From contig DATIMM010000117.1 in NCBI GenBank assembly GCA_035475295.1, positions 4,869 through 68,868 of the forward strand: a stretch of DNA of 64,000 bases. Reading direction: 5' to 3'. The notes beneath the pieces were generated by a model, which worked only from the letters and a program-made list of their open reading frames with translations, was not told the DNA's origin and did no database searches. The first letter of the stretch is position 1. Each line of letters starts with the position of its first letter. The stretch is from Bryobacteraceae bacterium (GTDB lineage Bacteria; Acidobacteriota; Terriglobia; Bryobacterales; Bryobacteraceae). A program made the position numbers and the translations under genes. Shown piece after piece: positions 1-10,015 of the stretch.

Positions 1-1794
1 CGCATCTTCGCCACCAACTGCTAAGAGCCGACCGTCTGGACTGAACGAAAGTGCATTCACGAAATTCGTCGGTCCGAAGAGCACCTTGCTCAACGTATTG
101 TTGGTCTGATCCCATAGCAAAACGCGGGTATCTTCGCCCCCGCTGGCGAGGAACTTACCATCCGAACTGGCAGCTATGGCCCTGACCGCTTGCTCATGAC
201 CAGCCAGCATCGCGACCTGACTAACGCTTTGCGTGTCCCAAACCCGGGCCACGCTATCCCGACCAGCGCTATTGAGGCGCTTACTGCCGTTCGGACCAAA
301 CGCAACACTTGTCGGCAAACCAACAGAGCCTTGAAGGACTGCAATCTCCTGACCAGAAACAGGGTCAAAAAGGTGAATATTATTGTCAGTGCTTGCGCCT
401 GCAACATCGCCGGTGTCCGGTGCCACGTCTACAGCCGTGACACCCTTGCGCTCGTACGGACGAACTTTCTTGGCGCTCACCGCCGGGGTCGAAGTCGCCT
501 GAGCCGAGGCCAGGGCAGCGATAGGTGTTGTCGGGGCTCTGGCTCCGGGAGAGGGTGAACTCTGAGCCTGCGAACTCTTATCCGTGCTTGCGGGCGTCGG
601 GTTCTGCGGTAGGGAAGGGATCTGGGTAGCGCCCAAAATACTCACGTAAAAGGCCGTTGAAATCGGATCAGTCCAGTTCGAATAGCCGCTCCAACTTCCA
701 TCAACCTTCTGGTTCTTCACCAACCATTCGTTGTAATCCTCCCACCAGGTGCAGGAAGCGCTGCCAGCCGGGTTTCCCGGAAGCTCATTTGTGCTGGCGC
801 CGCAGTCGGTTACCGGGTTGGCAATATGTGTGACATCGTTCAGGCCAACGGTTGCTTCCAGACCGGCGAACACCGACCACATAGCGTAGGGATGTCCAAA
901 ATTGCCGTACCACAGATTGTTTGCCGTTGCTTGCCACTGAGCATTCAAGAACGCCAGCGCTGCTTGAAGTTGCCAATCGGCAAGGTCGTGTCCAACAAAT
1001 CTCATGGCCAGCAACCAACCGCCTGTATTCGCGTGATCGCACGGCTCCGTACCCGGCTGAAAACACACGCCGCCCGACACACTTTGGATATTGCCGAGCC
1101 ACACCTTCAACTCGTTCTTTGTGGCCTGGGGAGTAACGGCGCCCAACGCTTCGTCATAAAGGAGCGCCATCACGACCGCCTCAGTGCTCGAACTGTCGGC
1201 ATCCCCATCGCCTGAGAAATCGTGCCAACCGCCATCTCGATTCCCATTCGTTTTGGTGTTTTGGCTCACCGCAAGCCCATTTGTAATTCCTTGGGCGATC
1301 TCGCCCCATGTGAGGCCTGCCAGCGGTCCGCTTGTAGTTGCCACGACGTTTGCGCCGGCTCGGATGCCATATAAGGCAATGGCCGGGGATACGGATCCTG
1401 TTGTATAGGCGGAATCCGCGCTGTCATTCCAATAGATCGCCTTGCAGGAAACACTGCCGCTGGGGCAAATGTTGACCCCGTCGTTGCGAGTAGTTACATC
1501 GATAACATGGGCCGAACTGACGAGATACGTGATCGCTCTGTTTACCGTAGCCTGGTATCGCGCAGCATCACTAGCCCATTTGTCCTGCTGACTCAAGAAT
1601 GCCAACGTAGCTGCGCCCGTAGCCGCCTGTTCATATCCCGAGGCGTTCCAATTTCCCGCCGCTTGCTGAGTACCATGCAAATAGGCAAGACCTTTCTGGA
1701 TTGCAGCTGATTTTTCGGCTTCCGTTGTCGCTCTCGCCATGGGCGCCCACGCTGCACATGCAAGAAGCGCCCCACCGATCGTGAGAAATTTCAT
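1..1794 (-). CDS. Secreted protein, 3' end beyond the window. It has a signal peptide, prenyltransferase/terpene-cyclase-like alpha/alpha-toroid repeats, a Pro/Ser linker and C-terminal WD40 repeats.
   Basis: Hand translation of the minus strand gives an open frame from ATG 1794-1792 to position 1. It is absent from the ORF track because there is no stop in the window. A GGAGG lies 7-8 nt upstream (reverse complement of 1801-1810). The N-terminus is MKFLTIGGALLACAAWAPMARA. Repeats such as AIQKGLAYLHGTQQAAGNW, NGNRDGGWHDF and NQKVDGSWSGY resemble squalene-cyclase/prenyltransferase repeats. The C-terminal part has WD40-like units (ARVWDTQS..., ASGGEDTRVLLWDQ..., FSPDGRLLAVGGEDA). Confidence 0.7.
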   Translation of the reverse strand, partial: MKFLTIGGALLACAAWAPMARATTEAEKSAAIQKGLAYLHGTQQAAGNWNASGYEQAATGAATLAFLSQQDKWASDAARYQATVNRAITYLVSSAHVIDVTTRNDGVNICPSGSVSCKAIYWNDSADSAYTTGSVSPAIALYGIRAGANVVATTSGPLAGLTWGEIAQGITNGLAVSQNTKTNGNRDGGWHDFSGDGDADSSSTEAVVMALLYDEALGAVTPQATKNELKVWLGNIQSVSGGVCFQPGTEPCDHANTGGWLLAMRFVGHDLADWQLQAALAFLNAQWQATANNLWYGNFGHPYAMWSVFAGLEATVGLNDVTHIANPVTDCGASTNELPGNPAGSASCTWWEDYNEWLVKNQKVDGSWSGYSNWTDPISTAFYVSILGATQIPSLPQNPTPASTDKSSQAQSSPSPGARAPTTPIAALASAQATSTPAVSAKKVRPYERKGVTAVDVAPDTGDVAGASTDNNIHLFDPVSGQEIAVLQGSVGLPTSVAFGPNGSKRLNSAGRDSVARVWDTQSVSQVAMLAGHEQAVRAIAASSDGKFLASGGEDTRVLLWDQTNNTLSKVLFGPTNFVNALSFSPDGRLLAVGGEDA

Positions 1795-2398
1795 CAGATA
1801 TCCACCTCCACGCATGCCGACCTCCGGGAGAAAAGTGGTCGTTAGGACACTTAGAATGCCGAAACTACGTCTCAATTTGCTGCACTCGGCCTGCCACGGA
1901 TCCAAGCACTGATCCAAATGGACTTGCTGATCAGGTGCTTGTCTGCACGTGCAAAATCATCGCCTCGAATGCGAGAAACCGGGAACACTCGTCAATACGT
2001 TTCGTACGCTGCCAAACAGCGGACCCGAATTTCGGGACTGTCCACCATCGTCCGTGGTCGAAACGTAATTTTGTCAGAGGAGTGGACTAGCAGGCGGCAG
2101 AACTTTTGATTCAAGCAGGGCCGGTTTAGTTAAGCGCGAGGGTATGCACGCCCACATTCGCCGGCCCAATCCGTTTCGCCGCACGCCCCGCGCTATTCCG
2201 AAAATGAGTTAGAAGAAAGGGGATTTGGCTATTCCGCCGTCTTCGAAACCTCCGCTTAGCGCAGGTCAAAGAATCCCAGCGCAGAACACCTTTTCTTCAC
2301 TGGAAGATCAGTTGATTGCAATCTCCGCATAGCGCCACCGGGCTGCCGCATGAGCAGGAACGCATGTATGCTTCCGGCCGCAGCGGAATGCAGTCGGG

Positions 2399-3787
2399 TT
2401 AATGCTGTGACTTGCTGTCCAGTTCCCAAAAGATGACGTCGTAGGGTCGCATTCTGACGGGATACTCTCCAGTACCTGGCATCAGTTTGAACGACGGCAT
2501 CGGCCTCAGGCGAACGTTCTCGTCGTCGCTTGGAGCTAAGCTGTCCAGTTGCTCCGGTGCGGCGGTTGTATCAGCAGGCACTCCGGTAACACTCACATTC
2601 ACGGCCAGCGGTTCAGATGAGAAGTTCCAGAACAGAATCGAGTACTTCCGGATCTCCGGATCCCAAGTAGCGAGGCCGTGGATGCGCCCATCTGAAGATG
2701 AGACATCTACACGCTGTCCAGCGAGGCGTGATAACAGGAGGAATGTGAAGTATGCGGGCCGCACATGATTCTGAAAGTCGAATAGACCGTCATACTGCGG
2801 CTTGCGGTTCCACCACCAGGCCATCTCGATTGCACCGCGCGGCGACAGGAAACGTTTGAATTGATCGAGGCGGACGTGATAATCGCGAATATGATAGTAG
2901 CAGGAGTAATCTAGGCCTGCGTCGAGCATCTGCCATACCGTCTCAGCCACAAACACCGGCTGAAAGCGCGGGTCTGTTTCGTCGTTGCTCAGAGACATGT
3001 TCCATTCGTCGAGAATCATCTCGGGGCGAAGCTCTGGAAAAGATGCCAGATCCTGCTTCTTCTTTTCGATCGTGGCGCGGATGCTGGAAGGATCGTTGCT
3101 GTAGATGTGCCATGAAACGAAATCGAGTGAAAGCTTTTCCTCGTGACAAGCCCGAAGGAGCGCAGGAAAGATCTCGGAATCCGGATTGGCCAGAGCCGGC
3201 CCGCCCACCTTCGCCGCTGAGTCCACGCCCCGAATGGCGGCCACCGTGTGCCGGTAATAGCGGACATACCCCTCCGGCGTGAACTTGTAAGGACATCCGC
3301 CCATTTCGCCGATGTCGGGTTCGTTAGCAATTTCCCAGTACTGCAGCGTTGACCCGCGATCCTTATAATGGCGGACCATGGCTGCAATCAGTTTCTCCCA
3401 TTGCGAGTAGTCATTAGGATCTGTCACGTTCTCATCGATCGTTGGGAATAACACTCGCGGTTTGAAGTCGATATTCATGAGGGGCGTCGCTCCTGTTGCG
3501 ACGATGTCATCGACGGCCCGGTCAAGTTTTGTCCATTGAAACTGATTTCGAGACGGCATCAGATCGAAGTACTCCTGGACGAACAGGCGGATCAACTTTG
3601 GATGAAGTGCACGGATCTCTGGAATGCGGCCGCCCCAGATCGAGTCATCCGAAAGGCCACCTTGGCCCAGCGACATGTGGTCGGCATTTAACGGGAGTCC
3701 GGGCTTTGAAAGATCTAAACGCAACGTGACCTCCTGCGCTGAAAGAACCAAGCTACACAGAGCAAAGAAGGCGATTTGTAGGTGCAT
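2399..3787 (-). CDS. Secreted clan GH-A (TIM-barrel) glycoside hydrolase, GH39-like.
   Basis: 462-aa ORF with a signal peptide (MHLQIAFFALCSLVLSAQE). It has the YWEIANEPD acid/base motif typical of clan GH-A enzymes. The family assignment is tentative. Confidence 0.7.
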   Translation of the reverse strand: MHLQIAFFALCSLVLSAQEVTLRLDLSKPGLPLNADHMSLGQGGLSDDSIWGGRIPEIRALHPKLIRLFVQEYFDLMPSRNQFQWTKLDRAVDDIVATGATPLMNIDFKPRVLFPTIDENVTDPNDYSQWEKLIAAMVRHYKDRGSTLQYWEIANEPDIGEMGGCPYKFTPEGYVRYYRHTVAAIRGVDSAAKVGGPALANPDSEIFPALLRACHEEKLSLDFVSWHIYSNDPSSIRATIEKKKQDLASFPELRPEMILDEWNMSLSNDETDPRFQPVFVAETVWQMLDAGLDYSCYYHIRDYHVRLDQFKRFLSPRGAIEMAWWWNRKPQYDGLFDFQNHVRPAYFTFLLLSRLAGQRVDVSSSDGRIHGLATWDPEIRKYSILFWNFSSEPLAVNVSVTGVPADTTAAPEQLDSLAPSDDENVRLRPMPSFKLMPGTGEYPVRMRPYDVIFWELDSKSQH

Positions 3788-4024
3788 AGAAGTGGCAGAT
3801 CCTGCGTGTTCGGTCTCAGGCTAACAGAATCGCGAATACCACCAAACTGAATCCGACCTCGCGTATTGCACCGCTTCTCGATCTCGGCTCCGCTCTTTTT
3901 CGTATTCCCTATGTCTTAGCAAGACTTGGCTGTGGCCTGGTGCCGGCGACGCGATCGACTCCAGTGCAAAACAAAGTGGGCGGGCGGCACCTCGTGCCAG
4001 ACCAACTGCCACAGCAGGACCCGC

Positions 4025-5218
4025 TGTGCGTAGCCAAAATAGTAAACACCTATCTGTGCAAGGGGCTGAGCTACACTTTATGCAGCTACCTTCCAGGCAT
4101 AACGATGGTGCAGGCCTCCAAGGCGAGGTTGTGAGATTACTCTGGCGGCTGGCGATGGTCGTTCGTCCACTGGTCGCCCATTCGGTGCATCCTTATTGAG
4201 AGCATCGTGAACGCGGTCATCATTGTGATAGCTGGCATAGTCGCGAAGCAATCGTCGCAGATGGTGCTCGTTCAGGGGGATGACGCGGTCCGGCATCTCT
4301 CGATGACAACTGCCGATCCAACGTTCCGCAACTCCGTTTTGCCAAGGTGCCTCGATGCTCGTGCGCTTCGGTTCTACGCCGGTTCCTGCTAGCAATCGGA
4401 CGACATCCACATTGAACTTCGAGTCGTGGTCGAAGATGGCGTACCGGTATGGGGCCGCTTCGGGAAAGGCTTCCCGCAACTGCTGCACGACCCATTTCGA
4501 GGTCGGATGAGAGGTCATGTTGCAGTGCAGAATCTTCCGCCGACGATGCTCGATGATCACGAAGCAGTACAGCAGGTTGAAGGTCAAGGTGGGTACAGTA
4601 AAAAGGTCGAATGCGACAATCGCCTCGCGATGATTGGCGAGAAATGCCTTCCAGCGCTGATCAGACCTGCCAGTGCGGGGCCGCAGGCCTCGCAGATACC
4701 TGGTGACCGTGCGTTCGGAGACCGCAAGGCCGAGCTTCAGCAACTCGCCGTGGATCTTCGGCGCTCCCCAGCCGGCGTTCTCAAGACTCATCTGGCGAAT
4801 CAGACTGCGGACCTCGTCTGTGATCCTAGGTCTGCCGCTCCGCCGCCTGGATCGCCAGCGCCAATATAGTCGGAAGCCTCTTCGATGCCATGCGATTTCG
4901 GTCGCTGGTTTCACGATGGCGAGAACATCTGACCATCGCGGCCATACACTCCGCAGCAGGATCCAGAAGAGCCGATCGAGTCGGCTCAGAACAGGTCGCC
5001 GGCGTTTCCGCTTCAACACTACAAGCTGCTGGCGCAGGGCGAGCACTTCGAACGAGAGATCCAGGCGACTGCGAAAGAAAACCGCGAGGGCGGCCACGAT
5101 CGCGCCAATCGTATCGATCACACATCAGCGGTAACACGCTGCAGTGATTCTGTCACCCCCTCTGGTGGGTACTGCAGACCGTTGATTCCTAACATCAGCA
5201 GCGTTTTGGCTACGCACA
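4025..5218 (-). mobile_element. IS481-like insertion sequence, 1194 bp.
   Basis: Perfect 15-bp terminal inverted repeats TGTGCGTAGCCAAAA lie at 4025-4039 and, reverse-complemented, at 5204-5218. They bracket a single rve-type DDE transposase gene. The IR starts with TGT, as in IS481-family elements (from memory). Confidence 0.7.
4078..5121 (-). CDS. DDE transposase/integrase, rve catalytic core.
   Basis: 347-aa ORF. The core is FDLFTV ... FDHDSKF ... APWQNGVAERWIGS (D, D, E spacing of retroviral-integrase-type transposases). There is an N-terminal HTH-like region (GAPKIHGELLKLGLAVSERTVTRYL). Confidence 0.85.
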   Translation of the reverse strand: MIDTIGAIVAALAVFFRSRLDLSFEVLALRQQLVVLKRKRRRPVLSRLDRLFWILLRSVWPRWSDVLAIVKPATEIAWHRRGFRLYWRWRSRRRSGRPRITDEVRSLIRQMSLENAGWGAPKIHGELLKLGLAVSERTVTRYLRGLRPRTGRSDQRWKAFLANHREAIVAFDLFTVPTLTFNLLYCFVIIEHRRRKILHCNMTSHPTSKWVVQQLREAFPEAAPYRYAIFDHDSKFNVDVVRLLAGTGVEPKRTSIEAPWQNGVAERWIGSCHREMPDRVIPLNEHHLRRLLRDYASYHNDDRVHDALNKDAPNGRPVDERPSPAARVISQPRLGGLHHRYAWKVAA

Positions 5219-5222
5219 CCGG

Positions 5223-5801
5223 TTGCTCGAGGCCTCCCTTGCCGGACGAGATCAGGTGTTACTCAGATTTTTTAGCCGGTGTGGTTTACGGGCCGGTGAA
5301 GTATTCGGCCCGCAGTGGGGTGACATTCTGCCCGAACAAGCGATTCTTATCAGCAGGACTTTTTCGAAGGGAAAAATCGGCCCGCCAAAAACCAAAGGCA
5401 GTGCCAAAGCGGTTGCGATTCCTAAATCTCTCTTTCAGGATCTGATGTGCCTGCGCGAGGAGCAAGGCAAGTGGAAACCAGAGGATTGGGTATTTCCCGC
5501 CAGCAGGGTTCGGGGAGAAATGCGAAGGCCTCTCTCAGCCGAAAACTGGCTCAAGCGTACGATCAAGCCCCTCGCAGAGCAACTGGGCTTTACGATCAAC
5601 CTTCACATGTTTCGTCGCGGCTTTGCAACCATCGCCCACCAGAGTGGAGGATCGCTGAAGGACATTCAAGAACAGCTCCGCCATGCCAGTGTCACAACCA
5701 CGGCAAACATCTATGTGCAAGCGGTACCCGAGAACGTCAGAGCGGTCGTAGAGAAAATTGACCATACCTCGCGGAACACGGCGATGGAAACCGTCAAGTA
5801 G
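5223..5801 (+). pseudogene. Tyrosine recombinase (phage-type integrase), C-terminal catalytic domain only. The N-terminal half has been removed by the IS insertion.
   Basis: Catalytic-domain motifs are present: GLRAGEV (Arg), HMFRRGFAT (H-x-x-R) and LRHASVTTTANIYV (His...Tyr). The frame opens 5 nt after the IS right end (5218). No core-binding domain is found on either side of the IS. Confidence 0.75.
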
Positions 5802-5872
5802 CGTATATGCTTAAACCACCTTTAAGCCACCTGATGTCAATTGGTAGGAAATCGATAAGTGCTTTGGAATCA

Positions 5873-5949
5873 TGGTGGGCGCGACAGGACTCGAACCTGT
5901 GACCTCCTGCGTGTGAAGCAGGCGCTCTAACCAACTGAGCTACGCGCCC
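5873..5949 (-). tRNA. tRNA-Val (anticodon CAC), CCA encoded.
   Basis: The reverse complement folds by hand as a cloverleaf. Acceptor GGGCGCG/CGCGCCC, D arm GCTC/GAGC, anticodon stem CCTGC/GCAGG with loop TTCACAC, T arm ACAGG-TTCGAGT-CCTGT, then A-CCA. Confidence 0.93.
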
Positions 5950-6056
5950 TTGCAGAGCACTCTCTTGATTCTAAACTACCCGCCTCTCAAAATAAATCCG
6001 CATTTCCGACGGAACCGCCCTTCGTAGACTTAGTCTGATAAGGAGATCCCACCGAA

Positions 6057-6677
6057 ATGGCGCGTTCAACATTCCATATCCTGTACAGCGACATCGGCGG
6101 AGTGCTGGGCACCAACGGCTGGGATACCGGCCTGCGTCACCGCATAGCCGAGCACTTCAAAGTCGAATCCCATGAAATCGAGAGTCGCCACGCCCTCACC
6201 TTCGACACCTTCGAACGTGGCTTCATGACCTTCGAACAGTATCTAGATTACGTGTTCTTTAGTTCTCCACGCCGGTTCACGCTGGAGGAAGTCCGGGATT
6301 ACGCCTACAACGCGTCTACCCCATGGCCGCAAAATATCACCTTCTACGAAACCCTGAAAGTGGCCAACAACCTGAAGCTCGCGTTGATCAGCAACGAAGG
6401 GTCCGGCCTGACTCAGCACCGGGTCCGAAAGTTTGGGCTTCGAAACCTTGCCGACTTCCTGGTCTTCTCCTGCGCTACTCACATGCGTAAACCGGACCCC
6501 GCAATCTGGGGCCTCGCCCTTGAACTCGCGCAGGCTTTACCGGAGGAGTCGATCTACATTGACGATCGCAAAATGTTCGTGGATATTGCGGCCGAGCATG
6601 GCTTCACCGCGATCCACTACACCTCTCTCGAAAAACTGCGCGGGCAGCTTTCGGAGCTTGATCTCATCGTGCCGTGA
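6057..6677 (+). CDS. HAD-superfamily hydrolase (subfamily IA-like).
   Basis: 206-aa ORF with ILYSDIGGVLG (motif I-like), LISNEGSG (motif II), MRKPDP (motif III Lys) and YIDDR (motif IV). Confidence 0.75.
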   Translation: MARSTFHILYSDIGGVLGTNGWDTGLRHRIAEHFKVESHEIESRHALTFDTFERGFMTFEQYLDYVFFSSPRRFTLEEVRDYAYNASTPWPQNITFYETLKVANNLKLALISNEGSGLTQHRVRKFGLRNLADFLVFSCATHMRKPDPAIWGLALELAQALPEESIYIDDRKMFVDIAAEHGFTAIHYTSLEKLRGQLSELDLIVP

Positions 6678-6680
6678 AGT

Positions 6681-6716
6681 GGGAAAGGGTACGGTTCTCT
6701 CCTCGTACCCCTTCCC
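6681..6716. terminator. Hairpin between the convergent HAD and sodA genes. Possible bidirectional terminator.
   Basis: GGGAAAGGGTACG (6681-6693), a 10-nt loop, then CGTACCCCTTCCC (6704-6716). 12 of 13 bp pair. There is no clear U-tract on either strand. Confidence 0.4.
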
Positions 6717-6722
6717 TGATTG

Positions 6723-7328
6723 CTACTTCAACTGCTTATTCACTTCGTCCCAATTCACAACGTTCCACCAGGCCGCGATATACTCAGGCCGGCGATTCTG
6801 ATACTTCAGGTAATACGCGTGCTCCCAAACGTCCAGTCCCAGAATGGGCTTTTTTCCTTCCATCAAAGGACTGTCCTGGTTGGCCGTGGACAAAATCTCG
6901 TATTTTCCTGCTTTGTCTTTCACAAGCCACGCCCAACCGGAGCCAAAACGGCCCGTCGCTGCGGCGCTGAACTTTTCTTTGAAGCCATCAAAGCTCCCAA
7001 AATTGGAGTCGATGATGCTCGCGATATCTCCTTTGGGCGTGCCCCCTCCATTCTTTGAAAGCAGAGGCCAGAAAAACGAATGATTTGCATGGCCGCCACC
7101 ATTGTTGCGGACCGCCGTCCTGATGGACTCCGGAACGTTGCTCAAATTATTGGCCAGCAACTCCTCCAGAGACTTATTCGCAAGCTCAGGAGCCGACTCC
7201 AACGCTTTGTTGAGATTAGTCACGTACGCGCCATGATGCTTGTCATGGTGAATCTCCATCGTGGTCTTATCGATGTGCGGTTCTAACGAATCAGCGGGGT
7301 AGGGAAGCGGTGGAAGTGTAAATGCCAT
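6723..7328 (-). CDS. sodA: Superoxide dismutase, Mn-type signature.
   Basis: [11 protein letters not shown]...[35 protein letters not shown] and [22 protein letters not shown] are classic Fe/Mn-SOD motifs. The GGGHxNHS and NQD features indicate the Mn type. Confidence 0.93.
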   Translation of the reverse strand: MAFTLPPLPYPADSLEPHIDKTTMEIHHDKHHGAYVTNLNKALESAPELANKSLEELLANNLSNVPESIRTAVRNNGGGHANHSFFWPLLSKNGGGTPKGDIASIIDSNFGSFDGFKEKFSAAATGRFGSGWAWLVKDKAGKYEILSTANQDSPLMEGKKPILGLDVWEHAYYLKYQNRRPEYIAAWWNVVNWDEVNKQLK

Positions 7329-7440
7329 AGTGTCTCCGAATTAAGTTTTCGTACTGCTTATAACCAAAGGATGCAAACGAAGCGCGCGTAATGGCGCAAT
7401 TGCCCCAACTTCGGCAATCGTGCGTCTGCTGCGTTCTATT

Positions 7441-8637
7441 CTATGCCGTATAGACACTCACACCGGCGACTATGGTTTCGGTCACCGTTAAGGACTGGGT
7501 GGACTCGTTCCAGCGGAACTGTACGAAATCGGCCTTTTCGCCCGGAGTGAGCCCTCGCTGCCGCCCTGCGATCCGTGCCGCCCGGGCCGGATTCGTGGTC
7601 GCCATAGCCAAGGCTTGCATCAGCGATATTCTCGCCATTCGAACCGTGTTGCCGATCGCGCGGTCCATCCGCAAGCCCGATCCGGCCAGGCGCGTGCCAC
7701 CCCGCAGGGTCACGCTTCCGTCTGCGTGAAGTTGTACGTCCACCTGGCCCAAACTGTAATACCCGGGCTCACACATGGCCGGCATCACGGCGTCGGTCAC
7801 AAGTACGGACCTGTCCACGCCCTTGGCCCGAATCGCCGCTCTTAAAAACGGGTCGGGGATATGAATGCCATCGGCAATAAAACTGGCCGTGAGCCGGTCT
7901 TCCGCAAGCTGGTCCCAGATATAGTTCTGCGTCTTGGGCAAGCTCGGATGCGCTGCGTTCCCCAGGTGAGTCGACATCGTCGCCCCGGCGCTCGTCGCAT
8001 CTTGTATCTGGTGCGAGGTCGCCTTCGTATGGCCAATACTCGCTACTACACCCGCGCGCGCGATTTCACTTATGTAGTGCGGTGTCTCTTCCCACTCCGG
8101 CGAAACGGTAATCAGGCGAATGTTGCCCTCGGCGGCCTCCTGCCAGTGCTTAAACTCCTCAATATCCGGCGGCCTTACATGCTCTGCCGGATGCGCCCCT
8201 CGCGGTCCGTTCTCGCAGGAAATGTGTGGACCTTCCACATGAAAGGCCTCCATCGCATGGGCGGCTGGCATGCTGTGCCGCTTAAATTCTTCTTTGGCTC
8301 TGGCCAGGTTTCGAAGCGCATTCAGCATGTGTTCCCGCGACGCAGTAATGATTGTCGGAAAAAAACGTGTCACGCCCGTACTGAACATCCGGTTAATAGA
8401 TTCAGCGATCAGTTCCGGCTTCACGCTAGGATCGTTGTAATCCACCCCGGCAAAACCATTCACCTGAAGGTCGATCAGCCCCGGCGCCACAAAATGGTCC
8501 ACCGTCTCTAGCGGCCGGATCAGCTCGTCTGCCGCGGAGATCACGCCGTCATACTCGATCTTCACCACCGACGATGTGCCTGGAAGCTTTCCAAAAACCG
8601 TGTTTTCTGGCGTACCGCTAGTGCGGGAACTTGGCAT
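7441..8637 (-). CDS. nagA: N-acetylglucosamine-6-phosphate deacetylase-like amidohydrolase.
   Basis: 398 aa with APGLIDLQVNGFAGVDYN, HVEGP, IGHTKAT and STHLGNA motifs characteristic of NagA. Confidence 0.8.
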   Translation of the reverse strand: MPSSRTSGTPENTVFGKLPGTSSVVKIEYDGVISAADELIRPLETVDHFVAPGLIDLQVNGFAGVDYNDPSVKPELIAESINRMFSTGVTRFFPTIITASREHMLNALRNLARAKEEFKRHSMPAAHAMEAFHVEGPHISCENGPRGAHPAEHVRPPDIEEFKHWQEAAEGNIRLITVSPEWEETPHYISEIARAGVVASIGHTKATSHQIQDATSAGATMSTHLGNAAHPSLPKTQNYIWDQLAEDRLTASFIADGIHIPDPFLRAAIRAKGVDRSVLVTDAVMPAMCEPGYYSLGQVDVQLHADGSVTLRGGTRLAGSGLRMDRAIGNTVRMARISLMQALAMATTNPARAARIAGRQRGLTPGEKADFVQFRWNESTQSLTVTETIVAGVSVYTA

Positions 8638-8934
8638 AAATAATATTCCTTCGCTTTTTCACAGTTTACGAACAGGGCACTGAAGCTAACTCTCTGAATC
8701 CGTAGGGAGATCAAATGTGTTGAAAAGCCTCCCGATTTCGGCCTTTCCGCTGGCGCTTCGATGTCTTCTGCGGTACAAACTGTGTATAGACTCAGCCTGG
8801 GCGCAACTCCGGCAGGTAATCTCGGGGGAGGTGGCTGTCGGTAAGCGCTCAGGCTGGGTTTTTACGCTCTTCTGTTGGGCTCGCGTCGCGCCGTATGCAT
8901 AAGGCGGCAGATAAGACGGCATGAGTTCAACCCG

Positions 8935-8989
8935 CAAGGCAGAAATCACTGCCCAGCCATCCGGCAGGTCTCAGATGGTTTCTGCCTTG
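8935..8989. repeat. Long inverted repeat or hairpin in the nagA-ilvE spacer.
   Basis: CAAGGCAGAAA (8935-8945) pairs perfectly with TTTCTGCCTTG (8979-8989). An inner CTGCC/GGCAG pair lies within the 33-nt loop. Confidence 0.5.
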
Positions 8990-9020
8990 TAAGCCAATCT
9001 TGGATTCGCCCGGAATTCAG

Positions 9021-9971
9021 CTAGGCGCCTACCGGCTCCTTCTCTCGAACTCCGGTTACCGGCGTCAGCCACCCAAACTCATCCTTCACCTTGCCCATCA
9101 CGATTTCGAAGAACCGGCTCTGAATCCTCTCCGTAACTGGACCGCGGCGCCCCTTGCCCACCGTCACTCGATCTACCGACCGGACCGGCGTCACTTCCAC
9201 TGCTGTCCCGGAGAAAAATACCTCGTCCGCGATGTACAGCAACTCTCGGGGAATAATCGTCTCCACCACCGGAATGCCGAGCTGCCCGGCTATCTTGACG
9301 ATAGCGTCGCGCGTGATGCCTGGCAGAACCGATGCCCCTAAGGGCGGCGTCAACACCTTTCCGTCACGAACCACAAAGATGTTTTCCCCTGACCCTTCGC
9401 TGATATAGCCGGAGGAATCCAAAGCAATTCCTTCCGCGTATCCGTTAGTATTCGCTTCCATGCGGATCAGTTGCGAATTCATGTAATTCGCGCCCGCCTT
9501 CGCCAGCGCTGGAAGAGTATTGGGCGCGATGCGCGTCCAGGAAGAAACGCAAACATCCACGCCTTCCGTCAGGGCCTCTTCGCCCAGATATTTGCCCCAC
9601 GGCCAGCACGCCATGTAAGTCTCAACGGGATTGCTCTTCGGCATGACGCCCATGTCGCCATACCCACGCAATACGATAGGCCGAATATAGCAGGACTTCA
9701 GGTTGTTTTCGCGGACCAACTCTGCCATCGCTGCTGTTATCTGCTCTAATGTAAACGGAATATCCATCCGGTAGATCTTTGCCGAATCCACCAGTCGCCG
9801 CGCGTGATCCACGGCCCGAAAAATAGCCGGACCTTGCTCTGTGTCGTAGCAGCGAACGCCCTCAAACACTGAGCTGCCATAACTCACCACGTGGGCGAGT
9901 ACATGCAGCTTCGCCTCGTCCCACGGAATCAGCTTGCCGTTATGCCAAATCTTCTCAGTCGCTTGCAGCAT
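9021..9971 (-). CDS. ilvE: Branched-chain amino acid aminotransferase.
   Basis: 316 aa. [35 protein letters not shown] ... GPAIFR ... SAKIYRM is the typical class-IV aminotransferase IlvE N-terminus. Confidence 0.9.
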   Translation of the reverse strand: MLQATEKIWHNGKLIPWDEAKLHVLAHVVSYGSSVFEGVRCYDTEQGPAIFRAVDHARRLVDSAKIYRMDIPFTLEQITAAMAELVRENNLKSCYIRPIVLRGYGDMGVMPKSNPVETYMACWPWGKYLGEEALTEGVDVCVSSWTRIAPNTLPALAKAGANYMNSQLIRMEANTNGYAEGIALDSSGYISEGSGENIFVVRDGKVLTPPLGASVLPGITRDAIVKIAGQLGIPVVETIIPRELLYIADEVFFSGTAVEVTPVRSVDRVTVGKGRRGPVTERIQSRFFEIVMGKVKDEFGWLTPVTGVREKEPVGA

Positions 9972-10015
9972 GCTGAAATTATAGCGAGGAATCAGCTTTC
10001 ACGCGCTTTATTGGT

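Noticed and set aside
3938-3962. A possible degenerate att repeat of the tRNA-Val 3' end (TGGTGCCGGCGACGCGATCGACTCC) left of the IS481-like element.
   Set aside because: Only about 14 of 25 positions match the tRNA 3' end, which is indistinguishable from chance in GC-rich DNA.
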